A stretch of 63,907 nucleotides of DNA, the filler included, from Octopus bimaculoides (lineage: Eukaryota), in the NCBI RefSeq assembly GCF_001194135.2. It is 4 parts of 4 records of this genome, joined end to end, with 100 filler letters (N's around TTAATTAATTAA, not from the genome) between each part and the next. Parts side by side here need not be neighbours in the genome. Positions count along the whole stretch, not along the records: positions 38,455 to 62,340 come from NC_068983.1; 3 more parts are not named here. One strand, given 5' to 3'. Below, piece after piece: positions 41,072 through 53,884 of the stretch. The notes under the pieces are model-generated. The model saw only the letters and a list, made by a program, of their open reading frames with translations. It was not told the DNA's origin and ran no database searches. The translations under genes and the position numbers were made by a program. Positions within the stretch are counted from its first letter, which is position 1. Each line of letters opens with the position of its first letter.

Positions 41072-42885
41072 AAGTGTGTACATACGCTGCTATATGTATA
41101 TATAAATATTAAAAAATGGAACAAATGCAATCGAGAAAAACAAAACATTCAGACAGACGATACAAAGGCAAACAGGTAAAACAACAATTAGAAGGACAGG
41201 AAACAAAAAGGACAGGTCATTCGTGGCTTTCTTTATATACGACAGGCTTCTTTCAGGTTCCATCTATCAAATCCACTCTCAAAGTTTTGGTCAGCCCATG
41301 GCTATAGTAGAAGCACAAGGTGCCATGTAGTGGGATTGAACCCGGAAGCATGTGGTTGGGAAGCAAACTTCTTATCACACAGCCATGTCTGTGCTTATAG
41401 ATACATGCATGCATGCATGCATACATACATACATATATACATACAGCAGAAGCAACAGAGTAACTCAAGGGCTGAGAGTTTTGTGCACTGGATAAAGTGG
41501 TTGCCATTAGGAAGGGCATTCAGCCATAGAAACCATTCCAAAGTAGACAGCAGAACTTGGTGTAGTCTTCTGACTTACCAGTTCTTGTCAAACCATCCAG
41601 CCCATGACAGCATGGTAAATAGATGTTTAATGATGATGATGGTGATTATATATGTANNNNNNNNNNATCAAATAGGAAAATTGAATAAGATGAACTCTTG
41701 GGATGTTAAACCATTTATATCTTGAATTCTTCTACATATGTTTTGACGGATGCACTCCAAAATGTCCGACAGCATAAATTATGGTGAGCAATGCATCAGA
41801 ATTGGTATGGAAAATATATGTTGATATTTTCATATTTTCATGTCAATGAAATAATTTGTGTTGTGGAGTTAAATATGTGCATGCACATAAATAGCCATCA
41901 GTAAATAGAACAGCCAGACTAATGTATGTGTACTTAAACTTATAGAAATTTTTCTGTTGAGGCTAGGCCAAGGTTGACATCTAGCAGGTAGAGAATGAAA
42001 TAAGATAGCAAAGTAACAGCTTATACATGGTTGTTTGCTAGAATGAAAATCACAAGTAGAAAGACAGACTCATCTGATGTAAAATGAGTGTACCAAGTTA
42101 ACAAAACTCGTTTCTGTTTGTTAATATAATACATAAAAAAACTAGTGCAACTACCTGTTAGTTTCTGACTGGACAAAATAAAATCATGATAATAGTGAAT
42201 CTCAAATGGTCATGTGTTTTTGGTAAACTTGCCAAAAATGGCTCTATGATTACTAGCTTATTGAACTAAAAATTCCATTTGACTAAACACAATGGTGAAA
42301 GCCCAAATGTCATCTGCATGAAAGTCACTACACATTTCATCTCTCTCTCATGAAGAGTTCTGCTTTAAAGATCCTTTCTTCCTCAAAACATTAAATTTAT
42401 TTCACTATTTGAACTATTTGCTGATGTTTCCTTGGTTTTTTTTCTGTTTGACTATGAATTTAAATGATTATTTGTATGTACAGCGTGTGTAGTTTAACTT
42501 AAACCATCTCCTTTAATAGAAAATCATTTGGTATCAAGCTTGATCCCAACAATTTGTAGATGTTTATTCGAAAATCTATTTTTCAACATGTAAGGAAGTT
42601 AGTTTTCTATCTTCCTCTTTCTCTCTTTCTATATATATATATATACATAATTTGCCGCCTTGGCAAGAAGCATGTTGAATCTTTTGGAAGGAACATTTAT
42701 ACTTTCTTATCCTCTAACTTTTTGTATATATATATATATATATATTACGGAGATGTACTTGCATAGCAAGTGACCTGATCTGAGATCGTGTGCTGGAATG
42801 AAAACAATTGCAGCGTGGAAGGTGTTTATAAGCTATTTAAAAAACACACAAAAACCGTTAGATTCACTTCAACATTTAAATTTAA

Positions 42886-42936
42886 TTTGCCAAAATATTT
42901 TCGTCGCTTTGAGATCGTGACCTGTTCACTGACAAA
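42886..42936 (-). ncRNA. Hammerhead-like motif with G3-C8 swapped core (GUGAACA)
   Basis: UUUGUCA-GUGAACA-G-GUCAC(gaucucaaa)GCGAC-GAAA-AUAU-UU-UGGCAAA: 7-bp stem I, stem II with one mismatch, palindromic stem III AAUAUU. Confidence 0.6.
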
Positions 42937-42955
42937 ATTCCATGCAGCACGGAAT

Positions 42956-43006
42956 TTTGTCAGTGAACAGGTTGCGGTCTCAAAGTGACAAAAATATTTT
43001 GGCAAA
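42956..43006 (+). ncRNA. Second, inverted copy of the G3-C8 hammerhead-like motif (G12A, probably inactive)
   Basis: UUUGUCA-GUGAACA-G-GUUGC(ggucucaaa)GUGAC-AAAA-AUAU-UU-UGGCAAA; stem II is held by G-U pairs; GAAA has changed to AAAA. Confidence 0.5.
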
Positions 43007-43092
43007 TTAAATTTAAATGTTAAAGTGAATCTAATGGTTTTTGTGTGTTTCTTAAATGGCTTATAAACACCTTCTACGCTGGAATTGTTTTA

Positions 43093-43122
<30 letters not shown>

Positions 43123-43129
<7 letters not shown>

Positions 43130-43852
43130 AAACTACCTATCGCCATTATATACAAACAAACCATCTTCCACACTGTTATAAATATATTCAAGTTCGGGCG
43201 TAGCAGAGAGCAGCCTACTGTATCCATCACGTGACTAATTATTATTTGAAGAGGCAACTGCCTCGTACCGTTCCCGCCAGAACACAAACTGACCAATCAC
43301 AACCCCTAATAAGGTTACGTGATAGTGTTCTTCTAATGCTTTCCTGGAGCCTACTTTCAGCTATAAATAGACTAAATTATCCCCGCCAAATGGTCACGGT
43401 TCAGATCTCTTAGAGACCTGTTCCGTGTACCACACAGAGCAGCAGCAGTTCCAGTGACAACATCAACATCTTCGTACAACTACGACTACCAACGTCAACA
43501 CGACTCTACGACTACCACCAGCGTCCCCAACAGCGTCAACATGACTTCTATGTACACAAGCTAACCAAACTACCACGGCACTTCTCTTCGATTCTGTTTG
43601 TGTGATTCATCTTCACCACAATAAATAATAGACAAGAACCCAGCCTGCGAAGAACATCTGTACTCAAGAACCCGGCTTAGCATAGAAGCCACAACATCAC
43701 AACTAGTGATCGCTCTGCCCCACACGCCTTAACTTCTTATACAGACACTTACCACTGTGTACTCTAAGAACTGGTACCTTAAATCCTTATACGTGTTGCT
43801 GACTCATATTCAATACTGTATCTCTTGTACCCACATACATGTATCACTTACA
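43123..43852 (+). mobile_element. Possible solo LTR
   Basis: Starts tgtagtg and ends cacttaca (TG...CA, imperfect inverted ends); CCAAT, TATAAATA and AATAAA occur in U3-R order; no clear TSD. Confidence 0.4.
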
Positions 43853-44349
43853 CACACTCTTTTCTTTACATGATGGCCTGTCTTTTATTGTGTTTTCATT
43901 ATGTCGCATTCACACTCACACACAGACATACATTTTAATGCTACAATAAATATTACTGTTATTTATCTTTATCGGTTGTGTTCTATCGTCTTCCTTACTG
44001 GCATTTACGAATTCTCTATGTTATCGAAGTATAACATATATATATCATGTGATATATTTTGTGTTCGACCGTGTGACGCATTTAAGAAAGGAGCCCTGTT
44101 TTTCCATTCGTCACCATTTCTCCTTTTGGGTTCGCACGGTCGTTCTTACATATATATATATCTATATGACTGGTTTCTTTCAGTTTTCTGTCTACCAAAT
44201 CCACTTATAAGGTTTTGGCCAGCCTGGGGCAATAGTAGAAGATACTTATCCAAGGTACTTCACAGTGGGATTAAACCCAAGACTACATTTTTGGGAAGCT
44301 AGCTTCTTGCTCACACAGCCAGTTTTTTGTAGAAATTTTTTTCATATTA

Positions 44350-44562
44350 CAAGGGAGTGCTGAAAAGTCCTTGGATTCAGGTAAAAGAAAATACAGGAGA
44401 TCAGTTAATTATGATTTTATTCAATATATTCTCTCTGATTCACATACTTATTGCAGCAGTCCTTCAGTTTTACTAAGCCCTTTGAAAGAACTTGGAAGGT
44501 TGGACCTCCACCCAGGTCTTTTGTAAGACCCATAAAGCCAAGAACTTTTCAGCACCTCCTCG
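44350..44562. mobile_element. Mariner-type MITE
   Basis: TA-flanked TIRs caagggagtgctgaaaagt and acttttcagcacctcctcg. Confidence 0.75.
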
Positions 44563-45003
44563 TAATTAGTTAAAGATATTGATAAATATTATTTTATAAC
44601 TATATTTTATATTGTTTATATTAAAATCCATACTTCCATCCATCCATCTACCCATTCACCATCTCCAAAAATAACACCAACAACAAAACATTGAGAATAA
44701 CTGCTCAGTAATGTTACCTGCATGAAAAATCTAGTCAAGTAGAAGTGTATATATTTATTGCAAAGCATCAAAATTCTGAATAGAAATTACTAATGCAGTG
44801 AGGAAAGAGCATTTGCACAATGACTAATATTTTAAGCATTTTAGTATATATGTTTATACTTTTTTTTTTTAATATCTATCTAATGTGTATCCACTTACCT
44901 ACCCATCTAAGTCCACCAATCACTTACACATCTACCTATCTTATTCATCAACCTATAATTCCTTCCTTCCTTCCTTCCGTTCTTTCTTTCTTTCTTTCTA
45001 AAA

Positions 45004-45248
45004 CAGTGGTTCTCAACTGGGGGTCCCATATGACCCTTGGGGACCCATATAAAATTGTTTTTTTAAAGCCTATGTGCAATAAATTGGCTATACTTCTACA
45101 ATACATGAAATATATTAACAAATTTTCTAATACGATTCCTAATAATATTTAATTATAAAAACATAATAGGATTTTATTTTTAAAAAGTCAAATGGTTATG
45201 GGGGTCCACCAAAGTGGTCCACAGGCAAAAAATGGTTGTAAACCACTT
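45004..45248. mobile_element. hAT-type MITE (CAGTGGTTCTCAA ends); second copy at 57333-57555
   Basis: cagtggttctcaactggggg start, ggttgtaaaccact end; the internal sequence is shared with 57333-57555. Confidence 0.7.
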
Positions 45249-45949
45249 TTCCGAAAGAAAAACCTACCATGATGCAAGTACTAAGCTGTGTCAGCTCTTT
45301 GCCTTTCTCATGGACAATATTTGTAGCATAAAGATGGGGAGATTTGCATGTGTGGGCAACTGCAGGTCTTTCTGGTGCAGATCTACAATTTCGTGAGACA
45401 TACTGAATACTCACCCCTACCACACCAAAAAATAACTATATAATTGCTATCAAATCTAGATAAAATAAGGTTATTACATTGTTTGCTTTACTGGTCATCA
45501 AGACAACCATAATTGTTAATCAGTCAATTGTTGAGTTGTTGTTGAATAAATAATGCATTGTCTTTAGACTCCCTCTCTCTCTCTCTGTCTCTCTCATTCT
45601 TTCCCCTCTCTTTGTCTCTCTTTATATATATATGTATATAAGAAAGATACAGAGTGAGAAAGACAGACAGAAGCAATGTTCAATGTCTGGGCATATCTAT
45701 GCAATGACAACTTATTTTGATACAGATAGAAAACAAAGGATAATAAAAAGAAAGAAGTGAAGAAAGAAAGAAATGGAAAAGAGAAAGAACAAAAGACAAA
45801 AGGGAAATGAAAGAAGGAAAAAAGATAAAGAGGGAGGAATGAAGAAAGGCTGGTAGACTAAATTTGACAGTTTGCGTAGAAAGAAAAGAAAATAATATCC
45901 CATCCAGAAATAAAAGTATTTTTAAAAAATTAGAAAATATCAACTAGAT

Positions 45950-46201
45950 CAGGGGTTTTCAAGCTGTAGTCCGCGGACCACAGGGGGTCCGCAATTTGAT
46001 TTTATATATGTTTTTTAATCGAAATCTTTTAATTGACAATAAACTTATTTGTTAAATACTGTTAAATAAATAAATGCAAAAATATATGTTATTTTAAGCA
46101 AATATTTATGTATAAATTTCATAAGCGTTTATAAGGGGGGTCCCTAAGGTAAAGCCTGAAATATAAAGGGGTCCGCAAGTCAAAAAGTTTGAAAACCCCT
46201 G
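45950..46201. mobile_element. hAT-type MITE with 8-bp TSD
   Basis: TIRs caggggttttcaa and ttgaaaacccctg, flanked by the direct repeat aactagat. Confidence 0.92.
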
Positions 46202-46209
46202 AACTAGAT

Positions 46210-47596
46210 GATGGCTGGAAGATAACAGTTTATTCAAAGCAGATGCCCTCTGCTTCTACCATGGCCTCAAGACAGCTCTGGAACCTGGCATGTGTTCCTC
46301 GTTGTGTCTATGGGAAGGTCTTTGTATACCTCTTTGATCTTGGCCACCAGCTCGGCCTTGGTGTTGTAGGCAGAGCAGTTGGTGTTTTTCTCAGCTGCAG
46401 CCCACATATAGTAATCCATGGGATTACAACTGAAGGAATTAAGAGGCCAGAAATTTAGGATAGTAAAGTCGTAGATATTCTCTGATAACTTCTGGCTCTT
46501 TCTGGAGGTACAGCAAAGAGCCAAATCCTGCTGTCCACACATGGCCCTCCAGCAGCAGCAGCAGCAGTCCTCCCTGACCATGGTTTGACCACAAGTCTCC
46601 AGCAGCTTCACATCATCATCATCATCATCACCATCATTGTTTAACGGCCGCTTTCCATGCTAGCATGGGTTGGACGATTTGACTGAGGACTGGTGAACCA
46701 GATGGCTGTACCAGGCTCCAATCTGATTTGGCAAAGTTTCTACAGCTGGATGCCCTTCCTAACGCCAACCACTCAGAGAGTGTAGTGGATGCTTTTACGT
46801 GCTGGCCCTGTTCAAGGATTTGAGGCAGCATGATGTCACCCTCACTGGAAACACACCCAAAGACCATCACAGTTTAGGGAACTTGGTTTTCTTGATGGTC
46901 ATGTCATGTTTTACAGCCTTTACAATGTTTACAGAGTACTGAGCAGTTGTCATGATGTTGGCATTTTGATATCTGGCATGAATCATCATGATACAAGTAA
47001 CTCTCTTCCAATATTCAGATGGCTTCCAGTTCTCCACATCTCTCTCTTTACTCTCTTCTCTCTTTTACTCTTTTACTTGTTTCAGTCATTTGACTGTGGC
47101 CATGCTGGAGCACCGCCTTTAGTCAAGCAAATCGATCCCAGCACTTATTCTTTGGAAGCCTAGTACTTCTTCTATCAGTCTCTTTTTGCCGAACTGCTAA
47201 GTTACGGGGACGTAAACACACCAGCATCAGTTGTCAAGCGATGTTGGGGTGACAAACACAGACACACACACACACACACACATATATATACACACACACA
47301 CACATATGACGGGCTTCTTTCAGTTTCCGTCTACCAAATCCACTCACAAGGCTTTGGTCGGCCCGAGGCTATAGTAGAAGACACTTGCCCAAGGTGCCAC
47401 GCAGTGGGACTGAACCTGGAACCATGTGGTTGGTAAGCAAGCAACTTACCACACAGCCACTCCCACGCTAACTTTTTCTCAATTACTACTTTCATCTTTA
47501 TGCTCTCCAATGCTGCTGGACTGTTCACCAATACATGAAGCTGTTCCTGAAGAAAGGAGACATAAAAAAATAATCTAATTTAGCCTGAACACCCTG
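46210..47596 (-). mobile_element. DD37D mariner remnant interrupted by two SINEs
   Basis: MMVFGCVSSEGDIM and FWPLNSFSCNPMDYYMWAAAE; TA-flanked end cagggtgttcaggctaaattagat at about 47573-47596. Confidence 0.8.
47060..47470 (-). mobile_element. Young SINE copy nested in a mariner remnant
   Basis: Near-complete reverse-complement copy of the 1-351 family with CpGs retained. Confidence 0.85.
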
Positions 47597-47721
47597 TATA
47601 TATATATTTCTGTATTTGTAATATACAATATTTTGCAAAAAATGCAATGGATTGTATATTTCATTATACTTACAAATATCCTCTTATACCAATATAAAAT
47701 TGTTAAATATTAAAGCTCTAT

Positions 47722-48120
47722 TATATTAGAGTGTGGAGGCACAATGGCCCAGTGGTTAGGGCAGTGGACTCGCGGTCATAGGATCGCGATTTCGATTTCC
47801 AGACCAGGTGTTGTGAGTGTTTATTGAGCAAAAACACCTAAAGCCCCACGAGACTCCGGCAGGGGATGGTGGCGAATCCTGCTGTACTCTTTCACCACAA
47901 CTTTCTCTCACTCTTACTTCCTGTTTCTGTTGTGCCTGTAATTCAAAGGATCAGCCTTGTCACACTGTGTCACACTGAATATCCCCGAGAACTACGTTAA
48001 GAGTACACGTGTCTGTGGAGTGCTCAGCCACTTGCACGTTAATTTCACGAGCAGGCTGTTCTGTTGATCGGATCAACTGGAACCCTCGACATCGTAAGTG
48101 ACGGAGTGCCAACAACAACA
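47722..48120 (+). mobile_element. tRNA-derived SINE with (AAC)n tail
   Basis: A/B-box-like head ggcccagtggttagggcagtggactcgcggtcataggatcgcgatttcgatt; its 3' end matches the inverted fragment at 13680-13725. Confidence 0.8.
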
Positions 48121-48718
48121 ATTATATTAGAGTTCTTTCTATTTGTTTCTTTTTAGTATATATAGTTAGAAGAAAAAATTTTGCAGCTTTATACAACTGA
48201 TTACTCACTGCTAATTTTAGCCATGAATTTAGTGAGAAAAATATGTATTTCAATACATGAATTTTTAAAACTTTGTATTAAGTTAACACCATGTGTCATT
48301 AAATAAGGTTGAGCTTTTGGAAGGGTTTATTTTTCTATTTTTGCTTTTTAATTTAAATTCCTTGGTGAGAGTCCTGTTTACGTTTAAACAACACTGTTAA
48401 TCAGATCAAAGAAGATAAATAAATAAAAGTACATTATTAAATGTTCAGGTAAATATTTCAAAATGAGTCCTTCTGAATAACCTCTTCACCCATTTACTTT
48501 ACATATCTTTGTTGACCTTTATTTCTTCTCTTATATCTTCCTCCTTATGTATATTTATATTTAAAATCAACTTCATACACAATAATCACTAGGAAATTAT
48601 AATGCAGGGTAGCTATGTATCTTTTCTATAACAAGGCACTCATGCTTATCCCTCAATCATAATGTCAACACCTGATGTAAAGCTACCACCCTCTTCCAAA
48701 TACATTTTCATTCAGTTG

Positions 48719-48814
<96 letters not shown>

Positions 48815-50187
48815 ACTTTCCTTTTCTTTATCTTGGAAGTTACTTGGTGACCTTACTAGTAGTGCTGGTGTCATGAAAAAAAAGCAACAAGCTCACACTG
48901 TGAAGTGGCTGGCATTAGGAAGGGCACCCGGCTGTAGAAACCATACCAAAGCTAAGATCAGGGCCTGATGCAACTCTGTAGCTTGTTGGATCCTGTCAAA
49001 CTGTCCAACTCATATTCACATGGAACAGATGTTAAATGATGATGATGATGATGAGAAGGAGGAAATAGATGATGAAGAAGTTGATGTGTGTGTGTGTGTG
49101 TGTGCACATATTTTGAAGTCCTTCATATTCTCTGTTTCACAGCTGTTTAGTTACTATGTTCAGTAGCACGTTTTATCATTTTTAACTTATCTGCTGAACA
49201 ATAGTTCGTATATATATCTGGTGGAGAGCATGTTGATATTAGATATATCAGATAACAAATGTAGATATCATTGTTTAAGTAAATAGATATCAATTTTTAA
49301 ATAAGGCAGTGAATTGGCAGAATTAGATAGAATGTTTCATTGTATTTGAATCTACTCTCTGAGTTTTAATTCTACCAAGGTAAACTTTGCATTTCATCTT
49401 TTGGGATCACTAAAATGGTACTAAACCAGGATAAGCATCATCATTATCGTTGTCATCATCATTATCATCATCATCATCATGATATTCTTCATTCTCGTCA
49501 TCATCATCGTCATGAGAAAGAAGAAACAAAGAAATTTGAGAATCAGTAGGATGCTATGTGTTAACTTTGGGGAAAGATTTTTTGGGGAAAGACTAGCAGT
49601 TGCCCTTTGCTTGCTAGTTTCCCCTCTCCATGTCACTGGAGTTTATCCAAAGTTATTCAAAGAACTTGGGTCCTTTGGACATAGCAAGAAAAAGAAAGGT
49701 GGTCATAGGTGGAAGGCTCTTGATTATGAGCCGCCTTGATGATCAAGCTTGGCCTGAGGTGAAACAACAACAACTACAGCAACAACAGACCCTGCAAGAA
49801 GGACATGAATGTTACCTAGTTGAGAACTAACTTGTAATAACAATTACTAGGCTACTCGGCTACTAAACTTCATTTTATGTGTATGATGGTGCAGCACAAA
49901 AAGCACTCATTCCAGTGCTATGTTAAAAGCACTCAGCACACACTGCTAAGTGGTTGGCATTAGGAAGGGTATCCAGCCATAAATATATAAATATTTTTTC
50001 TTGATTTGTTTTGTCTAACATGAATTTGAAGGGCATCCAGCTGTAAAAACCCTGCCAAAACAGACACAATAGCCTGGAGTAGTCTTCTACCTGGATGGCT
50101 CCTGCCATCTGTCTTACCCATGCATGCATGGAAGACAGATATTAAAAGATGATGATGATGATGAAATTATAATCTTTTTATTTCCAG

Positions 50188-50265
50188 ATGAGAAGATTGT
50201 GCTGATTCTACTTAACCAACCAATAACACCAATGATAAAAATCTTCAAATATTTATGGCAAAAAG
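50188..50265 (+). CDS. TPK1: Thiamin pyrophosphokinase 1, first identified coding exon (true first coding exon lies upstream, not found)
   Basis: tttccag acceptor, gtaaat donor; EKIVLILLNQPITPMIKIFKYLWQK matches TPK1 motif CLVILNQPLD..FRHLWNKA; phase 1-1 joins the next exon in frame. Confidence 0.88.
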
Positions 50266-50285
50266 GTAAATTATCTTTTATTTAA

Positions 50286-50504
50286 CCCTTTAGCATTCAG
50301 ATTATCCTGTCAAATGTAAAGCTTATTTATTCATTGTTTTGAATTAATCATGAGGTATTATCTCATAGCTTTGAAATTTCGATGATGTAATTGTTGTATT
50401 TTCAGAATGACATTGTAAGGAATGTGAGACTGGATCTGGCTGGTTTGAACACAAAACTAATGAAATATTTGGGCAGAATATGGCTGGTTTAAATGCCTAA
50501 AGGG
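50286..50504. mobile_element. piggyBac-type MITE
   Basis: TTAA-CCCTTTAG...CTAAAGGG-TTAA; second copy at 55714-56301. Confidence 0.85.
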
Positions 50505-50680
50505 TTAAAATTTTAGTTCTTTCCGATATACTTGTCTACAGCCTAAGCAACAACACTACACACTGTCTCTCCTTTTCTCTGTCTATTTCTCACACTCTGA
50601 ATCATTTGCTCCCTGTCTGTCTCTTTCTGCTTCTCTCTATCTCTGATAGCTGTCTGTCTCTGTCTCTCCATCTGTGTATG

Positions 50681-50734
<54 letters not shown>

Positions 50735-53242
50735 CTTCCATCCCCCATTGTTCAGATGAAAACTAAGGTCCTGAAACATATTCCTCTCACCACACAGCGA
50801 TATTAAAATTCTCAAACTTGCTTATAAACCGATTACTGCTGAGACAGACTATCACAAGTTTCTTCGTATTCCATGTTCTATTTAAAATCTTTTTAGTTTT
50901 TACTTATTTAGTATTGGTGAAGAGGTAACAGATTGTGATGGGAGGGAAGAGATGCGAAACAACTTAGTGAATGCAGTATTAAAATACCAACTGCTGGGTC
51001 ATCAGCTCATATTACAACCAGACTATGTATTACTGACAAAGCAGTTCTATGACTTCAGTAAATATAGGAAAGGGTACTTTCTAAGAAACTTACCAGCTGT
51101 CGTAGAGTAGTCTCTTATCCAGGATGAGGAAACCATTTCTTATTTGCTGGATAAAGCTTGCTTTGCAGCCATGTGGTTTTTGGTTCAGTCTCATTGCATG
51201 GCATTTTGGGCAAATGTCTTCTACTATAACTCTGGGCCAGTCAAAGCCTTGTGAGTGAATTTGGTAGGCAGAAACTGTGTGGAAGTTCATTGCATCATCA
51301 TCATCATTGTTGTCGTTGTCCCATTTTCCATGCAGGCATGGGTTGGACAGCTTCAGAGGATCTTGTGAGCCACAAAACTACATTAAGCTCAATGCCGTGT
51401 GTGTATGTGTGTGTGTTTATGTTTGTCTCTCACCACTTGGCATCTGGTGTTGGTTGATTTATGTCCCCATAATGTAGTGGTTCAGCAAAAGATATTGATA
51501 GAATTAATACCAGATTGAGAAAAGTAAGTTCTGGAGTTGATTTGTTTGGTTAAAGCCCTCAAGGTATTGCCCTAGCTTTCCTGCAGTCCAGTGACTGAAA
51601 CAAATGAAAGATAAAAGATAAAATATTATGAATGATTTTTTTTTAAAGGCATGGATTGACTTGAGAAATAAAGAAAAGAGCAAAGAAAATAAGAAGAGTA
51701 GGGAGTTATCTATTGACAGATTGACATTTGTATTTACAAAATGTCAAAGCTGAAAATACAAACATTTTGCATCAGATCCTCTTCATTATATTTGTCAGAG
51801 AACCCCCAACTGGGAAACAACACTTGCCTTTGATAGCCAGAGTATTCTAGAATTTGTCAAGGTTTCTGATTGCCTCCTCCCCTACTCTTACTCTGACTCA
51901 TTTTTCTGGGCAATTTGCTGTGTTTGAGAAGACATATCAAGCTAAGTGAAATCGTGGTCATGGCACCTGTGCCAGTGACACGTGAAAAGCACTTGTGTTG
52001 GTGACAAACAAAAGGCACCTGTGCTGGTGACATGCAGAAGACACTCTTAGTGCACTATCTAAAGTGGTTGGCATTAGGAAGAGTTTCTAGCTGTAGAAAC
52101 CATACCAAAGTACACTGGAGCCTAGTGTAGCTCTCTGGCTTACCAGTTCCAGTCAGACTGTTTAACTTGTGCCAGCATGGAAAATGGACAAACAGACATT
52201 AAATGATGATGATGATTTCATTGTATGTTTTTTTAATCATATTTTGTGCCCTTTACCCATTCATTCTTCACGGTTTTCATAATTTGTCTTTGTAATGGTC
52301 CTCATCTTTCCCCATTGTGATACTGGATTGGTAGAACCTTCAAAGCATTGGACAACAGAATGCCTTGCAGTATTTGTTGTAACTCTTCATGTTCTGAATT
52401 CAAATCATACTGAAGTTGACTTTGTCTTTCATCCCTTCAAGGTTGATAAAATAAAGTACCAGTCTAATACTGGGGTTAATGTTATCAACTAAGACCCTCT
52501 GCTTAAAATTACTGGCCCTTTGAAATTATTAGAAACAGTTGTCATGCTGTGAAGGAGAGGTTACAGGTTCAGTATTACAGACATGTAGTTAGAATTTTGT
52601 AGGAAAGAATTACAAGATAGATTCTTCAGGCCAAGCCAATTGGCAGGAGACATTGGTTTAGATCAAGAACAAGATGGTTGGATAATGTCCATAATCACAC
52701 TTAAGATGGTAAGCTGGCACAATCATTATCACACTAGACAAAATGATAAGTGACATTTTTTTTCTATCTTCTGCTGAGGTAGACTTTGCCTTTCATCCTT
52801 TTGGAATCAATAAAATAAAAACCAGTTAAGTACTGGAGTTGATGTAATCAACTTTACCACCTCCCTTGAAATTGCTGGCCTTGTGCCAAAATTTGAAACT
52901 AATATCCATAGTCTCAGTTGGTCACACTTGAGAATTCAGCAGGAAGGTGTAATGATAGCTGGTTCCACTAGGACTATATGGAAGAGCTGCCTGAGTCTTT
53001 TTTGCTAATCCACTAAGTTACGGGGACGTAAACACATCAGCATCGGTTGTCAAGCGATGTTGGGGGGACAAACACAGACACATACACACACTCACATATA
53101 TGACGGGCTTCTTTCAGTTTCCGTCTACCAAATCCCGAGGCTATAGTAGAAGACACTTGCCCAAGGTGCCAAGCAGTGGAACTGAACCTGGAACCATGTG
53201 GTTCATAAGCAAGCTACTTACCACACAGTCACTCCTACGCCT

Positions 53243-53277
<35 letters not shown>

Positions 53278-53884
53278 TATCGTTTAACGTCCGCTTTCCA
53301 TGCTAGCATGGGTTGGACGATTTGACTGAGGACTGGTGAAACCGGATGGCAACACCAGGCTCCAGTCTGATTTGGCAGAGTTTCTACAGCTGGATGCCCT
53401 TCCTAACGCCAACCACTCAGAGAGTGTAGTGGGTGCCTATATATATATATATATATATATTAGGAATGGCATCCATCTGTAGAAACCATGCCAAATCAGA
53501 CTGGAGTCTGGTGCAGCACCTCAACTTACCAGCCCTGGTCAATCCACTCAATGCGTGTCAGCATAGACAAGAGACATTACCTGATGATGATGATGGTGGT
53601 ACACACTTGACAGGCTTCTTTCAGTTTCTGTTTACCAAATCCACCCTACAAGGCTCTGGTTGGCATGTGCTATAGCAGAAGACACTAGTGCAAGGTGCCA
53701 TGCAGTAGAACTGAACTCAGAAGCACATGGTTGGGAGCAAGTTTTGCAACCACACAGTCACACCTGTTTTGTCCATTACCTAATTTCGGTCAGCAGTTAC
53801 AGAATGACTATTCTTAATTAACATCACAGCATCAAAACTCCATATACATGAAACAAATCATTATTTCTGTTCTTTGTTTTTCAG

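Larger units (their letters stand above)
42745..43091. mobile_element. Foldback element: inverted duplication (141-bp arms, 9-nt spacer) of a Penelope pLTR-like sequence between (TA)n tracts
   Basis: 42801-42941 is the reverse complement of 42951-43091 with 11 substitutions; each arm carries a hammerhead-like motif. Confidence 0.8.

Noticed and set aside
47722-47800. tRNA-like sequence
   Set aside because: SINE head with A/B-box similarity but no complete cloverleaf; no real tRNA or rRNA gene was seen in the window.
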